Translations under genes and position numbers: made by a program
DNA from: an uncultured delta proteobacterium
Lineage (GTDB): Bacteria; Myxococcota_A; Polyangia; Polyangiales; Polyangiaceae
Length of the DNA stretch: 64,000 nucleotides
Direction: 5' to 3'
NCBI GenBank assembly: GCA_963850305.1
Contig: CAWKKR010000002.1
Location: forward strand, 96,001 to 160,000
The notes under the pieces: model-generated
The model's input: only the letters and a program-made list of their open reading frames with translations
What the model was told of the DNA's origin: nothing
The model's database searches: none
Part shown: one piece after another, positions 18,947-29,225 of the stretch
Position numbering within the stretch: the first letter of the stretch is position 1
How the letters are laid out: the number at the start of each line of letters is the position of its first letter

Positions 18947-20569
18947 ATGATAAACCATACTTATTCGATAGATAAAATAGTTTTTTTGGTTACTTCATTG
19001 ATAACATTATTAGTTATCGCTGGATCTTCGATGGCCCAGGCGCCCGCCGCGCCTCCGCCCGGCGGCCCTTCAGCACCAGTCACGCCACCCGCTGCGAGCC
19101 CTGCGCCGTCGTCCGCCCCCGCAGGCGAGCCGACCGCTCCGTCGACGGCCCCGAGCCCTGTCGTCGCCCCAACCCCACCTGCGCCGAGCTCCGTCGCCGC
19201 GCCTGCCAGCCCACCCGCGACGGGGCCGGAGCCGGCGGTGGCGCCCGCGTCTCCGGCTCCGATCGTTTTACCGGTGGCCCCGTCGGATCCCACGTTGGCG
19301 AGCACCGTCGTCGCGTCCCCGCCGCCACCGGCTTCGAGCGGCGCGCCCGTTCCTTCCAGCGAGAAGGCACGGATGTCTCGTCGCACCGTCGAGCCGAGCG
19401 GCGTCACGTTCACGCCGGGCGAGGGGTTGACCGTCGAGAGCGCCGATCACGACTTTGCCGTCGGCATCGGGTTCCGCTTCCAGCTTCTGTATTCGCTACT
19501 CGACAAGGATCCGGCGAACGGCGCCACGGATCAATCGATTCAGATCCGTCGCGCGCGTCTTCAGTTCGCCGGTCACGCGTTCGGCGAACACAACAAGTAC
19601 CGTCTCGAGCTCGCCGTCTCACCGACGGACGTGGCCATGACCACTCAAGGTGTCACAACGAGCCCGCTCCTCGAGGCGTACACGGAATTCGACTACCTCC
19701 GCGATCTGACGGTCCGGGCCGGGCAATTCAAGGTGCCGTACGATCGCATGCGTGTCACGTCGGACATGGCGCGGCAGCTCGTCGATTATTCGGGCGTGAC
19801 GAGCGAGTTCAGCTTGGATCGCGACATCGGGATCGAGCTCAAATCGAGCGATCTCTTCGGTGCCGGCTTCCTTCGCTATTACGCGACCATCCAATCCGGA
19901 AAAGGACGAAACAGCTTCACCGCGTCCGACATGGGGCTTCTGTATCTCGGTCGGGTGGAGGTACTGCCGTTCGGCCTGTTCGACGACTACACGGAATCCG
20001 ATTTTCAACGCACCGGGCCGCGCCTGAGCATCGGCGGCTCGTTCGTTCGCGTCGTGGACGCGCGGCTCGATCGTGGAACCGTCGGCACGGCGCCTCTGGA
20101 TGCAGGGGGCACCACGAATTTCAACATGGCGGAAGCGGACGCCATGTTCAAGATGCACGGCTTTTCGGCGCTCGGTGGCTTTTACTACCGCGCCGGCGCT
20201 CGGAACGAAGGCAAGCTCGTCGACGCGACGGGCAAGGCGATCCTCGGCTCCTCCGGTAAGCCGATCACCGGACCGACCGCGACGCGCGACGGCACGGGTT
20301 TCGTCGTGCAAGCGGGCTACCTGCTGCCGTACACTTCGTTCGAGGTTGCCGGGCGATACGGGAAGATCGCGGGGTCGTCGGACGCTGGCCACAACGCTCT
20401 TCAGGCCTCCATCGAATCCCACAAGAACGGGAGCGAGCTCGGCGGCGGGTTGAACTACTATTTCGCGCAGCACGACCTGAAACTGCAGACCGATTACCTC
20501 CGCATCTACACCGATGACCTGTCGAACGGCTACAACCAGGTTCGCGTCCAGCTGCAGCTCGTGATGTGA
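18947..20569 (+). CDS. Outer-membrane porin, phosphate-selective OprO/OprP-like, with Pro/Ala-rich N-terminal linker
   Basis: Signal peptide, IRRARL, LTVRAGQFKVPY, RDIG, GGGLNYY..LKLQTDY, C-terminal VRVQLQL beta-strand. Confidence 0.75.
   Translation: MINHTYSIDKIVFLVTSLITLLVIAGSSMAQAPAAPPPGGPSAPVTPPAASPAPSSAPAGEPTAPSTAPSPVVAPTPPAPSSVAAPASPPATGPEPAVAPASPAPIVLPVAPSDPTLASTVVASPPPPASSGAPVPSSEKARMSRRTVEPSGVTFTPGEGLTVESADHDFAVGIGFRFQLLYSLLDKDPANGATDQSIQIRRARLQFAGHAFGEHNKYRLELAVSPTDVAMTTQGVTTSPLLEAYTEFDYLRDLTVRAGQFKVPYDRMRVTSDMARQLVDYSGVTSEFSLDRDIGIELKSSDLFGAGFLRYYATIQSGKGRNSFTASDMGLLYLGRVEVLPFGLFDDYTESDFQRTGPRLSIGGSFVRVVDARLDRGTVGTAPLDAGGTTNFNMAEADAMFKMHGFSALGGFYYRAGARNEGKLVDATGKAILGSSGKPITGPTATRDGTGFVVQAGYLLPYTSFEVAGRYGKIAGSSDAGHNALQASIESHKNGSELGGGLNYYFAQHDLKLQTDYLRIYTDDLSNGYNQVRVQLQLVM
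18950..19018. promoter_or_regulatory. AT-rich operator-like segment (LysR/OxyR-type spacing plus a Fur-like palindrome)
   Basis: ATAA-N7-TTAT-N7-ATAA-N7-TTTT (18950-18986) and GATAAC-N7-GTTATC (19000-19018). Confidence 0.45.
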
Positions 20570-20914
20570 GCCGCCATCAGGTCTCGGGTTCACGCGCGAG
20601 CCACTTCGCGAGCGTCTTGTCATCGATGCCGAGCGTTTCGGCCGTGAGTAGCTTTCGATCCAGCGCGCATATCGCCCCCGGGATTTGAACCTCCGATCTT
20701 GCGTGGCCAGCCACTACAACGTGAGAGCCGCACCGGCGCGCTTCAGAACCGCATCGTCAGCCTCTCCCGGCGCTCTTCTCCCTCGCCTTGCCCGCCAGCG
20801 GATCCACCAACGCGCGTATGAGCTCACAGTGGCTCGCATCTCGGGCGGGACATCCGGAACGGTGGGAACGCAAACGGCGGCGGCGCGGTCCGGCTGCTCT
20901 GCGGAGCCTGCCGG

Positions 20915-21104
20915 TCACGAAGCGGCTGCGGCTCCCCGGCACTGTGACTCTTCGTCGAGGAGCGTCGCCATGGCGACCAGATCCTCGGGGGGTCAGGTCG
21001 TCCGGGTCGGCGCCGACTGCGGCGGCAAGTTCTTCAACTTCTTCCACGTTGATTCCGAGCGTGATGGCGGCCTGTTCCGGATTCAGTCCTCCTGGTGGGG
21101 GCAT
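20915..21104 (-). pseudogene. Small HTH-like (excisionase-like?) protein, frameshifted in a G6 run
   Basis: MPPPGGLNPEQAAITLGINVEEVEELAAAVGADPDDLTP, continuing EDLVAMATLLDEES after a one-base correction; about 240 bp from the putative attR. Confidence 0.3.
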
Positions 21105-21343
21105 CCCGAGATTGCCTCCGCGCCAGCACGCACGACGCCAAACGTGCTCCTCGGCCCCGCCAATTCTTCGCCAAGCGACTCGGCCCACTCCCCCGCGCCC
21201 ACTCCCAATACGTGTTCAAACCCTCGCAACCAGCGTCAACATCAGTCCCGCTTCCTCCTGCGTCATGCCGCCGAGCCACGGGGGAAAAACCTCGTAGATC
21301 GGTGCGATCTCGTGGGACGCTAACGGTGTACTAACCTGAGTGG

Positions 21344-21358
21344 CCCGCTGGGGTCGCC
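21344..21358 (+). repeat. Putative attR: copy of the tRNA-Glu 3' end
   Basis: CCCGCTGGGGTCGCC identical to 7766-7780; both followed closely by AAAAAC. Confidence 0.75.
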
Positions 21359-21445
21359 CCCAAAAACCCGCCCGAAAGTGACTGTTCAAAACGTGACACG
21401 CCACTGACGAACGGACGGCGCCCGATCCCCAATACTGCGGGGACG

Positions 21446-22921
21446 ATGTCCATTCACTCGCCGGCCACCGCGTCGTCCGGGAGACCGCCCCGAGGGTTGC
21501 TCGTCATCTCGGACATGCACCTCGGGAGCGACATCGGCGATTCGCAATCCCCGCCGCCGCCCGCTCGCTCGGAGAGCGTCGATGACGACCTCTGCGCGCT
21601 CCTCGATCACTACCGCGAGACTCGCGTCGATGGCGAGCCGTGGCACCTCGTGATCAATGGCGACTTCATCGACTTCATCGGGATCGCTCTCGACGCCTCG
21701 ACTCCGCTCCTGTCGACGGAGCCGACGGAAGAAGAGCGGGCACACGGCCTCGGAACGGCGGAAGACCACGCCTGCGTCAAGCTCGCTCGCGTCGCCCGGC
21801 GTCACCGGGATGTGTTCTCGTCGCTCGCCCGGTTCGTCGATGCAGGCCATCAGCTCGTGATCGTGCCCGGGAATCACGATCGGGAATTTCACTGGGAGAG
21901 GGTGAGGGCCGACTTCCGAGCACTCCTCTTTCGAGCGAGCCCTGCGGCAGCAGGGACGAAGGAGAGCGAAGCGGCTTTCTTCGGGCGCGTCCGTTTCTCG
22001 TCATGGTTTCACTGGATCGAGGGCGTCGCGTACATCGAGCACGGCCACCAGTACGACACATTCTGTTCGACCGAGCACGTGATCGCGCCGCACTCGCCGC
22101 TCGATCCCCGGCGACTCTTGCCCGGGTTCAGCGACGTGCTTCTCCGGTTCGTCGTGCACCCGACGGCCGGCATTCGCCAGTGCGATCACGATCGCATGGG
22201 CATGGTCGACTACGTGACGCTCGCGGCCCGGCTCGGCCTGCGTGGCGGCGTCAGTCTGCTCCGCCGCTACGTGAGCGCCATCGTCGAGCTGTTCCGGCTC
22301 CGCCGGGTCTCCCTCGGCGACGCGGCCCGGGCGCTCCGTGCGGAGCACGAGCGGCGGATCTCGCATTTCGCCGAGACTATGCGGATCGACCTTCACCGAC
22401 TCCACGCGCTCGTCGAGCTCCAGGCGCGTCCCGTGACGCGCACGGTCCGGGGGATCATGGCAAGCTTGCTCCTCGACGAGCTGGCGCTGGCGCTGCTGTC
22501 GGTCAGTGTGCTGTCAGTCCTCGAAGTCCTCGGATTCCGGGTCCACCACTTCTTCTTCGCGTGGGCGACGGCGGTCGTCCTTCCCGCGTGGTGGCTCATC
22601 CACCGATACCTGCGAAGCACGCGGCACGTCGATCCACGCCACGAGCTCGCCGCGCGAGCGGCCCCCCTGGCGAAGCTGTTCCCGGCCGCGTTCGTCGTCA
22701 TGGGTCACACCCACGTACCGGCGTGCGCCGTCATCGATGAAGGCGGCGCGACCTACGTCAACACGGGCTCCTGGTCGGAAGACGAGGGCGCGCATCCCGC
22801 GGCGACGTTCGCGCACCGTGCCGCGCGCACGCACCTCGTCATCCGCGTCCGCGACACCGGGCCCGAGGCCGAGCTCCTCGCCTGGGGAGCGAATGGACCA
22901 ACGCGGTTCGTTTCCGGGTAA
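21446..22921 (+). CDS. Calcineurin-like metallophosphoesterase with two TM helices
   Basis: ISDMHLG, NGDFID, PGNHD, EHGHQYD, MGHTH, YVNTGSW. Confidence 0.85.
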   Translation: MSIHSPATASSGRPPRGLLVISDMHLGSDIGDSQSPPPPARSESVDDDLCALLDHYRETRVDGEPWHLVINGDFIDFIGIALDASTPLLSTEPTEEERAHGLGTAEDHACVKLARVARRHRDVFSSLARFVDAGHQLVIVPGNHDREFHWERVRADFRALLFRASPAAAGTKESEAAFFGRVRFSSWFHWIEGVAYIEHGHQYDTFCSTEHVIAPHSPLDPRRLLPGFSDVLLRFVVHPTAGIRQCDHDRMGMVDYVTLAARLGLRGGVSLLRRYVSAIVELFRLRRVSLGDAARALRAEHERRISHFAETMRIDLHRLHALVELQARPVTRTVRGIMASLLLDELALALLSVSVLSVLEVLGFRVHHFFFAWATAVVLPAWWLIHRYLRSTRHVDPRHELAARAAPLAKLFPAAFVVMGHTHVPACAVIDEGGATYVNTGSWSEDEGAHPAATFAHRAARTHLVIRVRDTGPEAELLAWGANGPTRFVSG

Positions 22922-23519
22922 CGCCTCTGCGAAGCCGGGCGCCCGCCGTCGCTCATGCAGGATGCGACGCTCGACCTCACGGCGCGGTGAGCAGCACGCG
23001 CGGGTAGTCATGGGCGAGCCGGGCGACGTCGTCGCACGGTCGACAAAGCGCGGTCACACGCCCCATCGGGATACCGACCTTCGAGGACATGCCGTAGTGT
23101 GCCCTGGAGTCGCGCGACGCTCCGCGCACGGGACCGCGTACAGATGCACGATCATGCCCGCTCTGCCTCCGAATCCAGTGCGATGCGACCGTGAGGACGG
23201 ACTCACGACATGCTCGACGATCGAGAGAGTCTTCCGGCAACCCTCGCCGGTCGATTCCCGCTGAACGGCAGAAACGCGACGCGGGTGGCTCGTGCCTCTG
23301 CTTCGCCCGCGCGTCGTGGGTGCCCGCCGATGGTCGCGCCGAACACTCAACGGTCGTGGTCGGAGATGGCACCCCATGCCACACGCACGCACCGGTGACC
23401 CGTCCGGTGACCCGTGGGATCGCCGTTCTTCACACGTGTGGTAGCCGGCGCACATTAGCACTACTGTCAGAAATTCCGTCATGCGGCACGGGTAGGTTGC
23501 TCCTGCGGGCATCGCGAAG

Positions 23520-23960
23520 GTGGATGTGGCTGGTGACAGAGGGGGCAGCGCGGGAGCCAGCGGGCGAGGAAGAGGTACGTTGAACATTGTGTCCCTCTTG
23601 GGCGTCCTTTTTGACGCGGGCGATGCGGGGGATGCGTGCTTGGATTCCTGTCTTGCGCCGAACTATGTCGCGTTGGGACCTCGGGTAGAATTGCAGCCGT
23701 TTCCTAGAGGGATAGAAGGAGTAGTCGTACCTTGGGTTGGTGCCGCACTCGGCATAGCCATATTCGATGGTCCGAACGCGAAGTCCCGTCCGCTCGAAAC
23801 CACCCTCGATGTCGGAATCGACCTTTACCCGGTCAAAGCATTTGCGATCGGCTTATACTTGGGGACGGATAGATTTCTCACGGACCCGTTGAAGGTCGAT
23901 CCCCACGTTGAAGCGTCGGAGGACGTCTCCCTGGGGCTCCGCGTCGCAGCGCGGTTCTAA
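23520..23960 (+). CDS. Small outer-membrane beta-barrel-like protein, probably truncated
   Basis: Alternating amphipathic strands and terminal Phe (LGLRVAARF); in-frame TAG just after an upstream ATG at 23481. Confidence 0.35.
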   Translation: MDVAGDRGGSAGASGRGRGTLNIVSLLGVLFDAGDAGDACLDSCLAPNYVALGPRVELQPFPRGIEGVVVPWVGAALGIAIFDGPNAKSRPLETTLDVGIDLYPVKAFAIGLYLGTDRFLTDPLKVDPHVEASEDVSLGLRVAARF

Positions 23961-24002
23961 ACTGCCGTCGTCATGGTGCGCCGCCGGCGCCCGAGCGCGA
24001 GA

Positions 24003-24680
24003 TCACCACACGAACGGGACGAGCCGGCGCCTCACGCGGCGTCGATACTCCGCATAGCCGGGCAGGCTCGCCGCGAGCAGCCTCTCTTCCGCGATCAGGC
24101 GCCTCACGATCGCGGCGGTCAGCGGCACGACGGCGAGGAGCGCCCACCACGAACCGAGTGCGAGCGGCGTCGCGGCGACCAGCACGAGCCCGCCGGCGTA
24201 CATCGGGTGACGGATCACCGCATACGGCCCGGTCGTGACCACCGCCTGCTCGCGCTCGACCGCGATCACGGCCGACGTGAACGAGTTCGCGCGGAACACC
24301 CGGAACACGATCCACAGCGCGAGCGCGACGAGCGCGTCGCCGGCGACCGCGACGCCCGGCGGTACGCGCGACCAGCCGTGCCGGCGATCGAGCCCCGAGA
24401 TCACGAACAGCGCGACGAACGCCAGCGAGGCGATCGCCTGGATCACCTGCTGCCCGCGCTCCGGCTCCGCGAGCGGACCTGCCTTCACGCGGCGCGCGAG
24501 CAGCGCGGGATCGCGGCGGGCCAGATCGATCGTGATCGCGAGCACCGCGCTGGCGAACACCGCGAGGAACGCCCACGCCTGCCAGTACGCGAGCGTCCAG
24601 GCCGGGACGAACAGCGCCGTCGCGAGCACGGCGAGCAGGAACGCGAGCCCCGCCGCCGCCTGCCGGGTCACCTCGGTCAC
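24003..24680 (-). CDS. Isoprenylcysteine carboxyl methyltransferase (ICMT/PEMT) family membrane protein
   Basis: VVTTGPYAVIRHPMYAG, EERLL...LPGYAEY..RVR.RLVPFVW. Confidence 0.9.
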   Translation of the reverse strand: MTEVTRQAAAGLAFLLAVLATALFVPAWTLAYWQAWAFLAVFASAVLAITIDLARRDPALLARRVKAGPLAEPERGQQVIQAIASLAFVALFVISGLDRRHGWSRVPPGVAVAGDALVALALWIVFRVFRANSFTSAVIAVEREQAVVTTGPYAVIRHPMYAGGLVLVAATPLALGSWWALLAVVPLTAAIVRRLIAEERLLAASLPGYAEYRRRVRRRLVPFVW

Positions 24681-24913
24681 CTCGCAAGAGTGCCAGCGCG
24701 CCGGAGGTCAGGCGATCCAAACGTGCCCCGCCGTGTCATCCCGCCGCTCCCCCGCCGTCCCAGCGACGGATCCGAGCCGTCGGGGCCGGAGAATTTCGCG
24801 TAAAGTGAGATTGACGGCAGGGGCGGCGCGGGGTTGGTGCGTCTCGGGCGCAGCGCCCTCGCGCTCGGCGCCTCCGTCCCTCCGGTGTCGAACTCGCGAG
24901 CGGGACCACGGCG

Positions 24914-25699
24914 CTAGAGCGTGCCGCGTAGGCCTAGGCTCCATTCTCCGCCGGGGCCCGAGTCGTTGTCGCTCAGGGAGCCGCCGATCCGGAACTGTAG
25001 GCGTGACGTGAGCGGCAGATATGCGGCGAGGTCGCCGCGCAATGCGGAGTCGTCGAAGAGGGAGGCTCCTGCGCGGAAAGCTCCGAGGCGTGCCTCCAGA
25101 TCGATGGGCCCGGCAGCGACGTCCGCGCCGCAATAAAATCCGGGATGGCGGAGCGTCGTCACGAACGGGCTTCCGATGCCGAGGACCCCGCGCGCGACCC
25201 CGGCCGGGCCGATCCGGAGCTCCCCCGACGGCAGAAAGAGTGCGCTCGGTGATTGATCCGTCGCGTTCGCCCAGCCCTGGTACAGATTGCCGCCGAGCTC
25301 GAGGCCGAAGTAACGGAACTGATATCCGAGTCGCACCTGTCCGCCGAACATGAGTCGCGGCGGGAGCGCAGGCTGCGTGCACGTGCACGGCTCTCCCAAC
25401 GCGGACTCGGGGCACGAGCAGCTCTGCCCGATCTTGACGGTCTCTTCCTCGACGGCCCCGGCGAGATCCGCGGTGACGCCGGTGCCCCCGAGGCGCGCGG
25501 TGTTCTCGGCGAATCGCGCGTGCACGGCGCCGCCCACGTAATTGACCCGCGCTCGTGGCCCGCACGTCCATACCCCGGCGCCGGTGCCGCCGTAGCTCGC
25601 CCCCTCGACGTCTGTTTCCCCCGACGCGCGCACGCGGGACGGCGCGGTCATCGCGATGCCGAGAACCCCGGCGAGCAAGAGCCATCTTCGATTCGTCAT
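24914..25699 (-). CDS. Hypothetical exported (beta-barrel-like) protein
   Basis: Signal peptide MTNRRWLLLAGVLGIAM; Gly/aromatic-rich strands ending GEWSLGLRGTL. Confidence 0.6.
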   Translation of the reverse strand: MTNRRWLLLAGVLGIAMTAPSRVRASGETDVEGASYGGTGAGVWTCGPRARVNYVGGAVHARFAENTARLGGTGVTADLAGAVEEETVKIGQSCSCPESALGEPCTCTQPALPPRLMFGGQVRLGYQFRYFGLELGGNLYQGWANATDQSPSALFLPSGELRIGPAGVARGVLGIGSPFVTTLRHPGFYCGADVAAGPIDLEARLGAFRAGASLFDDSALRGDLAAYLPLTSRLQFRIGGSLSDNDSGPGGEWSLGLRGTL

Positions 25700-25941
25700 C
25701 GTCGATGACGCGCAGCAACGCGCATGCCCGAGCCTTATGCCGGAAACGGCGGTCGACCCGCCATCGAAATTCCCTCGGGCGCGGCGCCACTTGCCCACCC
25801 TCGCTGCGCTCGGTAGTTCCGCCGGGCGTGTTGGCGAAGGGCGGACGGCCCCGTGCTCCGCGAGAACTCGAAGCGAGTGGCAGCGCGTCCAGCGGCCCTT
25901 CAGAGCCTCTGCTCGATCTGTGACGACGCGGCTCGGAGGGT

Positions 25942-26886
25942 TCAGTTCACGGTCGGGCGGAGCGGTCCGGTGCGGTCCGTACTGCGAGCCGCGGCCGCCA
26001 GCGCGCTCGCGAACGCGAGGATGTTCTCGTAACGGTCCTCCGGGAGCAACGACGTTGCCTTTCGAAGGACCGTGTCCACGGCGCCCGGCACCTGGGGCGC
26101 CACGTCGGACACGGGTTGGAGGGCAGCCCTGGATAGCGCCCCAATCGTCCGAGGCGTATCCCGCCCGAACGCCTTCTGCCCGGCGAGCAACTCGTACACC
26201 ACCGCGGCAAGAGAGAACTGGTCCGCGCGATGGTCGAGGGCGTGGCCGGCGAGCGCTTGCTCGGGGGCCATGTAGCTCGGCGTGCCGACCGGCACTCGAG
26301 GCTCGGCGCCGGCCGCCCGCGTGTCGACGCTGATGCCGAAGTCGAGGAGCTTCACCACCTCGGAGCCGCGGCACCGTGCCAGGAAGATGTTCGCTGGCTT
26401 CAGGTCACAGTGCACCAGGCCCCGTGCGTGCACCTCCGACAGCGCGGACGCGACCTGAGAGATGATGGCGACGACCTTCGAGAGCGGCAGTCGACCAGTC
26501 CGGCCAAGGCGCTGCGCGCCAGTCTCGCCCTCGAGGTACTCGAGCACGAGAAACGGCCCGGCTTCGTCCTCGTCGAAATCCAGCACTCGCACGACGTTCG
26601 GATGGTCCACCTTCGCGAGAGCTCTCGCTTCTCCGCGAAAGAGCTCGAGCAGCGTCGGCTCCGCTTCGCACTGGGAACGGGGCACCTTCACGGCGACTCG
26701 GCGGTCGAGCCGCCGATGAACTGCCCGGTAGACGGCGCCCATTCCGCCTTCTGCAATCAACCGTTCGATCCGGTAGGTGCGGCACAGCGTCCGGCCCGCA
26801 TCGCCGTCCGAGGTCGCGGGCTCCGAGCGTCCCCCCGAGGGTGGCGCCCAAGGTGGGTCGGAAGGGCTGACTTGAGTCGTGTCCAT
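25942..26886 (-). CDS. Hanks-type Ser/Thr protein kinase
   Basis: IAEGGMGAVY, VAVK, HCDLKPAN, DFG, GTPSYMAPEQ. Confidence 0.93.
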   Translation of the reverse strand: MDTTQVSPSDPPWAPPSGGRSEPATSDGDAGRTLCRTYRIERLIAEGGMGAVYRAVHRRLDRRVAVKVPRSQCEAEPTLLELFRGEARALAKVDHPNVVRVLDFDEDEAGPFLVLEYLEGETGAQRLGRTGRLPLSKVVAIISQVASALSEVHARGLVHCDLKPANIFLARCRGSEVVKLLDFGISVDTRAAGAEPRVPVGTPSYMAPEQALAGHALDHRADQFSLAAVVYELLAGQKAFGRDTPRTIGALSRAALQPVSDVAPQVPGAVDTVLRKATSLLPEDRYENILAFASALAAAARSTDRTGPLRPTVN

Positions 26887-27255
26887 CTCGGGCTTGCGAG
26901 CTCAATCGCAATGTTCGTGCCGACCGCCCGATCGAAGGCAAGCGGCTGGATTCGGACTGCTCTGCGCGCGTCGAGCGCCTCCGTGCGCTTCGCGCCCGAT
27001 CGACGCAGGGCTTGCACGGGGGCGCGTCCCGTGCATTCGCCGGACGTCCGCCCGAGCGCTCTACGCCTGCGCCGGTTTCACCTTTTCGCCGCGAGCGTTC
27101 GGACTGGGACTCGCGGCGCGTGGAATGGATCGCTTCCTGCAGCGTCGGGGTTTCGAACACGATGAAACGCGTGCAGTCTCGCCCCTGGCGCGTCCCGCCT
27201 CCAGGGCCATGGGCGTGCCCGCCACGTTTCCGTCCGGGTTCTGAACGGCGGATGC

Positions 27256-28447
27256 ATGCCACGGAACGAGGAAGCACGGGAGCAGGCGGCGTCGCTCATG
27301 CTGAGCTTTGCCGAGCGAACGGGGCTCACGTCGGACCGCCCGAAGCAACGCTACCTCTGGACGGACGCGTTCGCCGTCTGCACGTTCCTCGGTCTCGCAC
27401 GCACGACTGGAGAGCGGCGCTTCGCCGAGCTGGCGCTCGATTCTGGTCGACCAGGTGCATCGCGTTCTCGGACGCCACAGGGAGGATGATCACCGAGCGG
27501 GGTGGTTGAGCGGGCTCGGGGACCAGGAAGGCGAAGCTCACCCCACCCGTGGTGGGCTCCGCATTGGTAAGAAGCTACAGGAGCGACGACCAGGAGAGCC
27601 TTTCGACGAGTCGCTCGAGTGGGATCGCGACGGCCAGTACTTTCACTATCTGACGAAATGGATGCATGCGCTCGACGTCGTCTCGAGGTCGACGGGCAAT
27701 CCGCGCTTCGGTGGCTGGGCGACGGAGCTTGCCCAAGTGGCCCACGCGGCCTTCGTGTACGAGCCCAGAGGGAGCGCGGGACGTCGTCGGATGTTTTGGA
27801 AGATGAGCATCGACCTGTCTCGCTCGCTCGTCCCTTCCATGGGACAGCACGATCCGCTGGATGGGCTCGTCACCTTCACGCAGCTCGACACGTCGCATGA
27901 CGGTCATCGAGCGCCGATGCTCGGCTCGGCCATCGCGGATTTTGCGGCCATGGTCGAGCGCACCAATCTGCGAACGGCTGACCCGCTCGGCCTCGGCGGC
28001 CTCCTGTCGGACGCCGGCCGCGTCGCGACGCTCATGGGCTCCGGGGCGTTCCCCGGCTCGCGCGTCCTTACGACCTTGCTCAGGGCAGCCGAGGAAGGGC
28101 TCTCTTACTACTCGTCACGCGACGAGCTCCGGCAGCCTGCTTCGAGGCGTCTGGCCTTCCGGGAGCTTGGGCTCGCGATCGGCCTTTCGGCGATCGCGCT
28201 CATCGACGAGCAAGCGAGGAAGGGGCAAGAGAGCATCGCCGAGCGGGAGCAAGTGTTCGCTCTTCTGACGGCCCTCTCGTCGCATGGCACGCTCGGCACC
28301 GCGATTGAATCGTTCTGGTTGGGCTCCGAGAACCGGCGTGCGAGAACGTGGTCGGACCATCGCGACATCAACGACGTGATGCTCGCGACCTGTCTTGCGC
28401 CCGAGGGTTATCTCGTATTGCCGGAGTGGCCCCGCCGTCGCCCCTGA
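27256..28447 (+). CDS. Conserved-looking hypothetical protein (RYLWTDAF motif); +1 frameshift near 27441
   Basis: N-part 27256-27440 and C-part join by removing one T (GATTC to GATC); motifs DGQYFHYLTKWMHAL, WKMSIDLSR, RLAFRELG. Confidence 0.7.
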
Positions 28448-28499
28448 AAGGGGATGCGTCGAGACTCGAACGGCAGCCAGTACACCGCGACCCGCGGTG

Positions 28500-28700
28500 G
28501 CCGCCCCCGCGGCGCGCTGCTGCGACGCCGAGATCCCGCGCTCGACGGCAGCGCGCTGGAGCCGCCGCGGCCTCGGGGAAAACGTCTCGCTCGGCCCGGA
28601 TGACGGTGGTCTCGCGCTGCGGGACGGCGTCGCCAAGCTGGAGCAGCGGGTGGCGATGTTGACGGCGGTTCGACTCGTCCTTGTGCTGAATGCGGTGTGA
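28500..28700 (+). pseudogene. Possible transposase N-terminal remnant
   Basis: EIPRSTAARW...LRDGVAKLEQRVAMLTAV resembles the HTH plus coiled-coil start of IS transposases. Confidence 0.3.
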
Positions 28701-29225
28701 GCACCTCTGTAGCCCTACATGACGGTTCGGCGCGACCTCTTCGAGGTCGTTCCGCTGCGCGCGGCGCTGAGCCAGCGCAACGCTTGCTCCTTGTCCAACG
28801 GCTTCGTTGTTCCGTCTGATTCTCTGATCGCCCAAACGGCCGTCAAGGTTCGAACAATCACGAACAACCCGATCCAAAAGAGAGCTTGCATCGTCGTTCT
28901 TCGTTTCTTCTTCGGGTGCCGAGTGTGCTGACCGAGCCGACGCATTGCGGCTGGCCGTCACGCGAAAGAAAGATGGCTCACCCGTGGTCCCGACGTTGTC
29001 AAATCCGCGGCGCTGCACCTCACGAAGACATAACGAACGCGAGCCGTGAGGGATCCGCCCGACTCCTTCACCAAATCTTGACGGATCGGCCATGCCTCTT
29101 GATGTCGCGCTGACATGCCCGTGGGTACCTTTGAAGCGCTCCGGCACACCGCCTGGCAGCCCTCGTGAAACGGGGAGCGCTCGCGGTCTCGAGCACGTCT
29201 CGCGCGGACATCGAAGGACCAAGAT

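Larger units (their letters stand above)
7766..21358. mobile_element. Decayed genomic island integrated in tRNA-Glu
   Basis: Exact 15-bp direct repeat CCCGCTGGGGTCGCC at 7766-7780 (tRNA 3' end) and 21344-21358; integrase remnant at left end; IS remnants and pseudogenes inside. Confidence 0.75.

Noticed and set aside
22925..23480. Several overlapping ORFs in an intergenic stretch
   Set aside because: No recognisable motifs or coding bias; long spurious ORFs are expected at this GC content
28715..28892. Possible small membrane peptide (MQALFWIGLFVIVRTLTAVWA)
   Set aside because: Plausible, but supported only by one hydrophobic stretch
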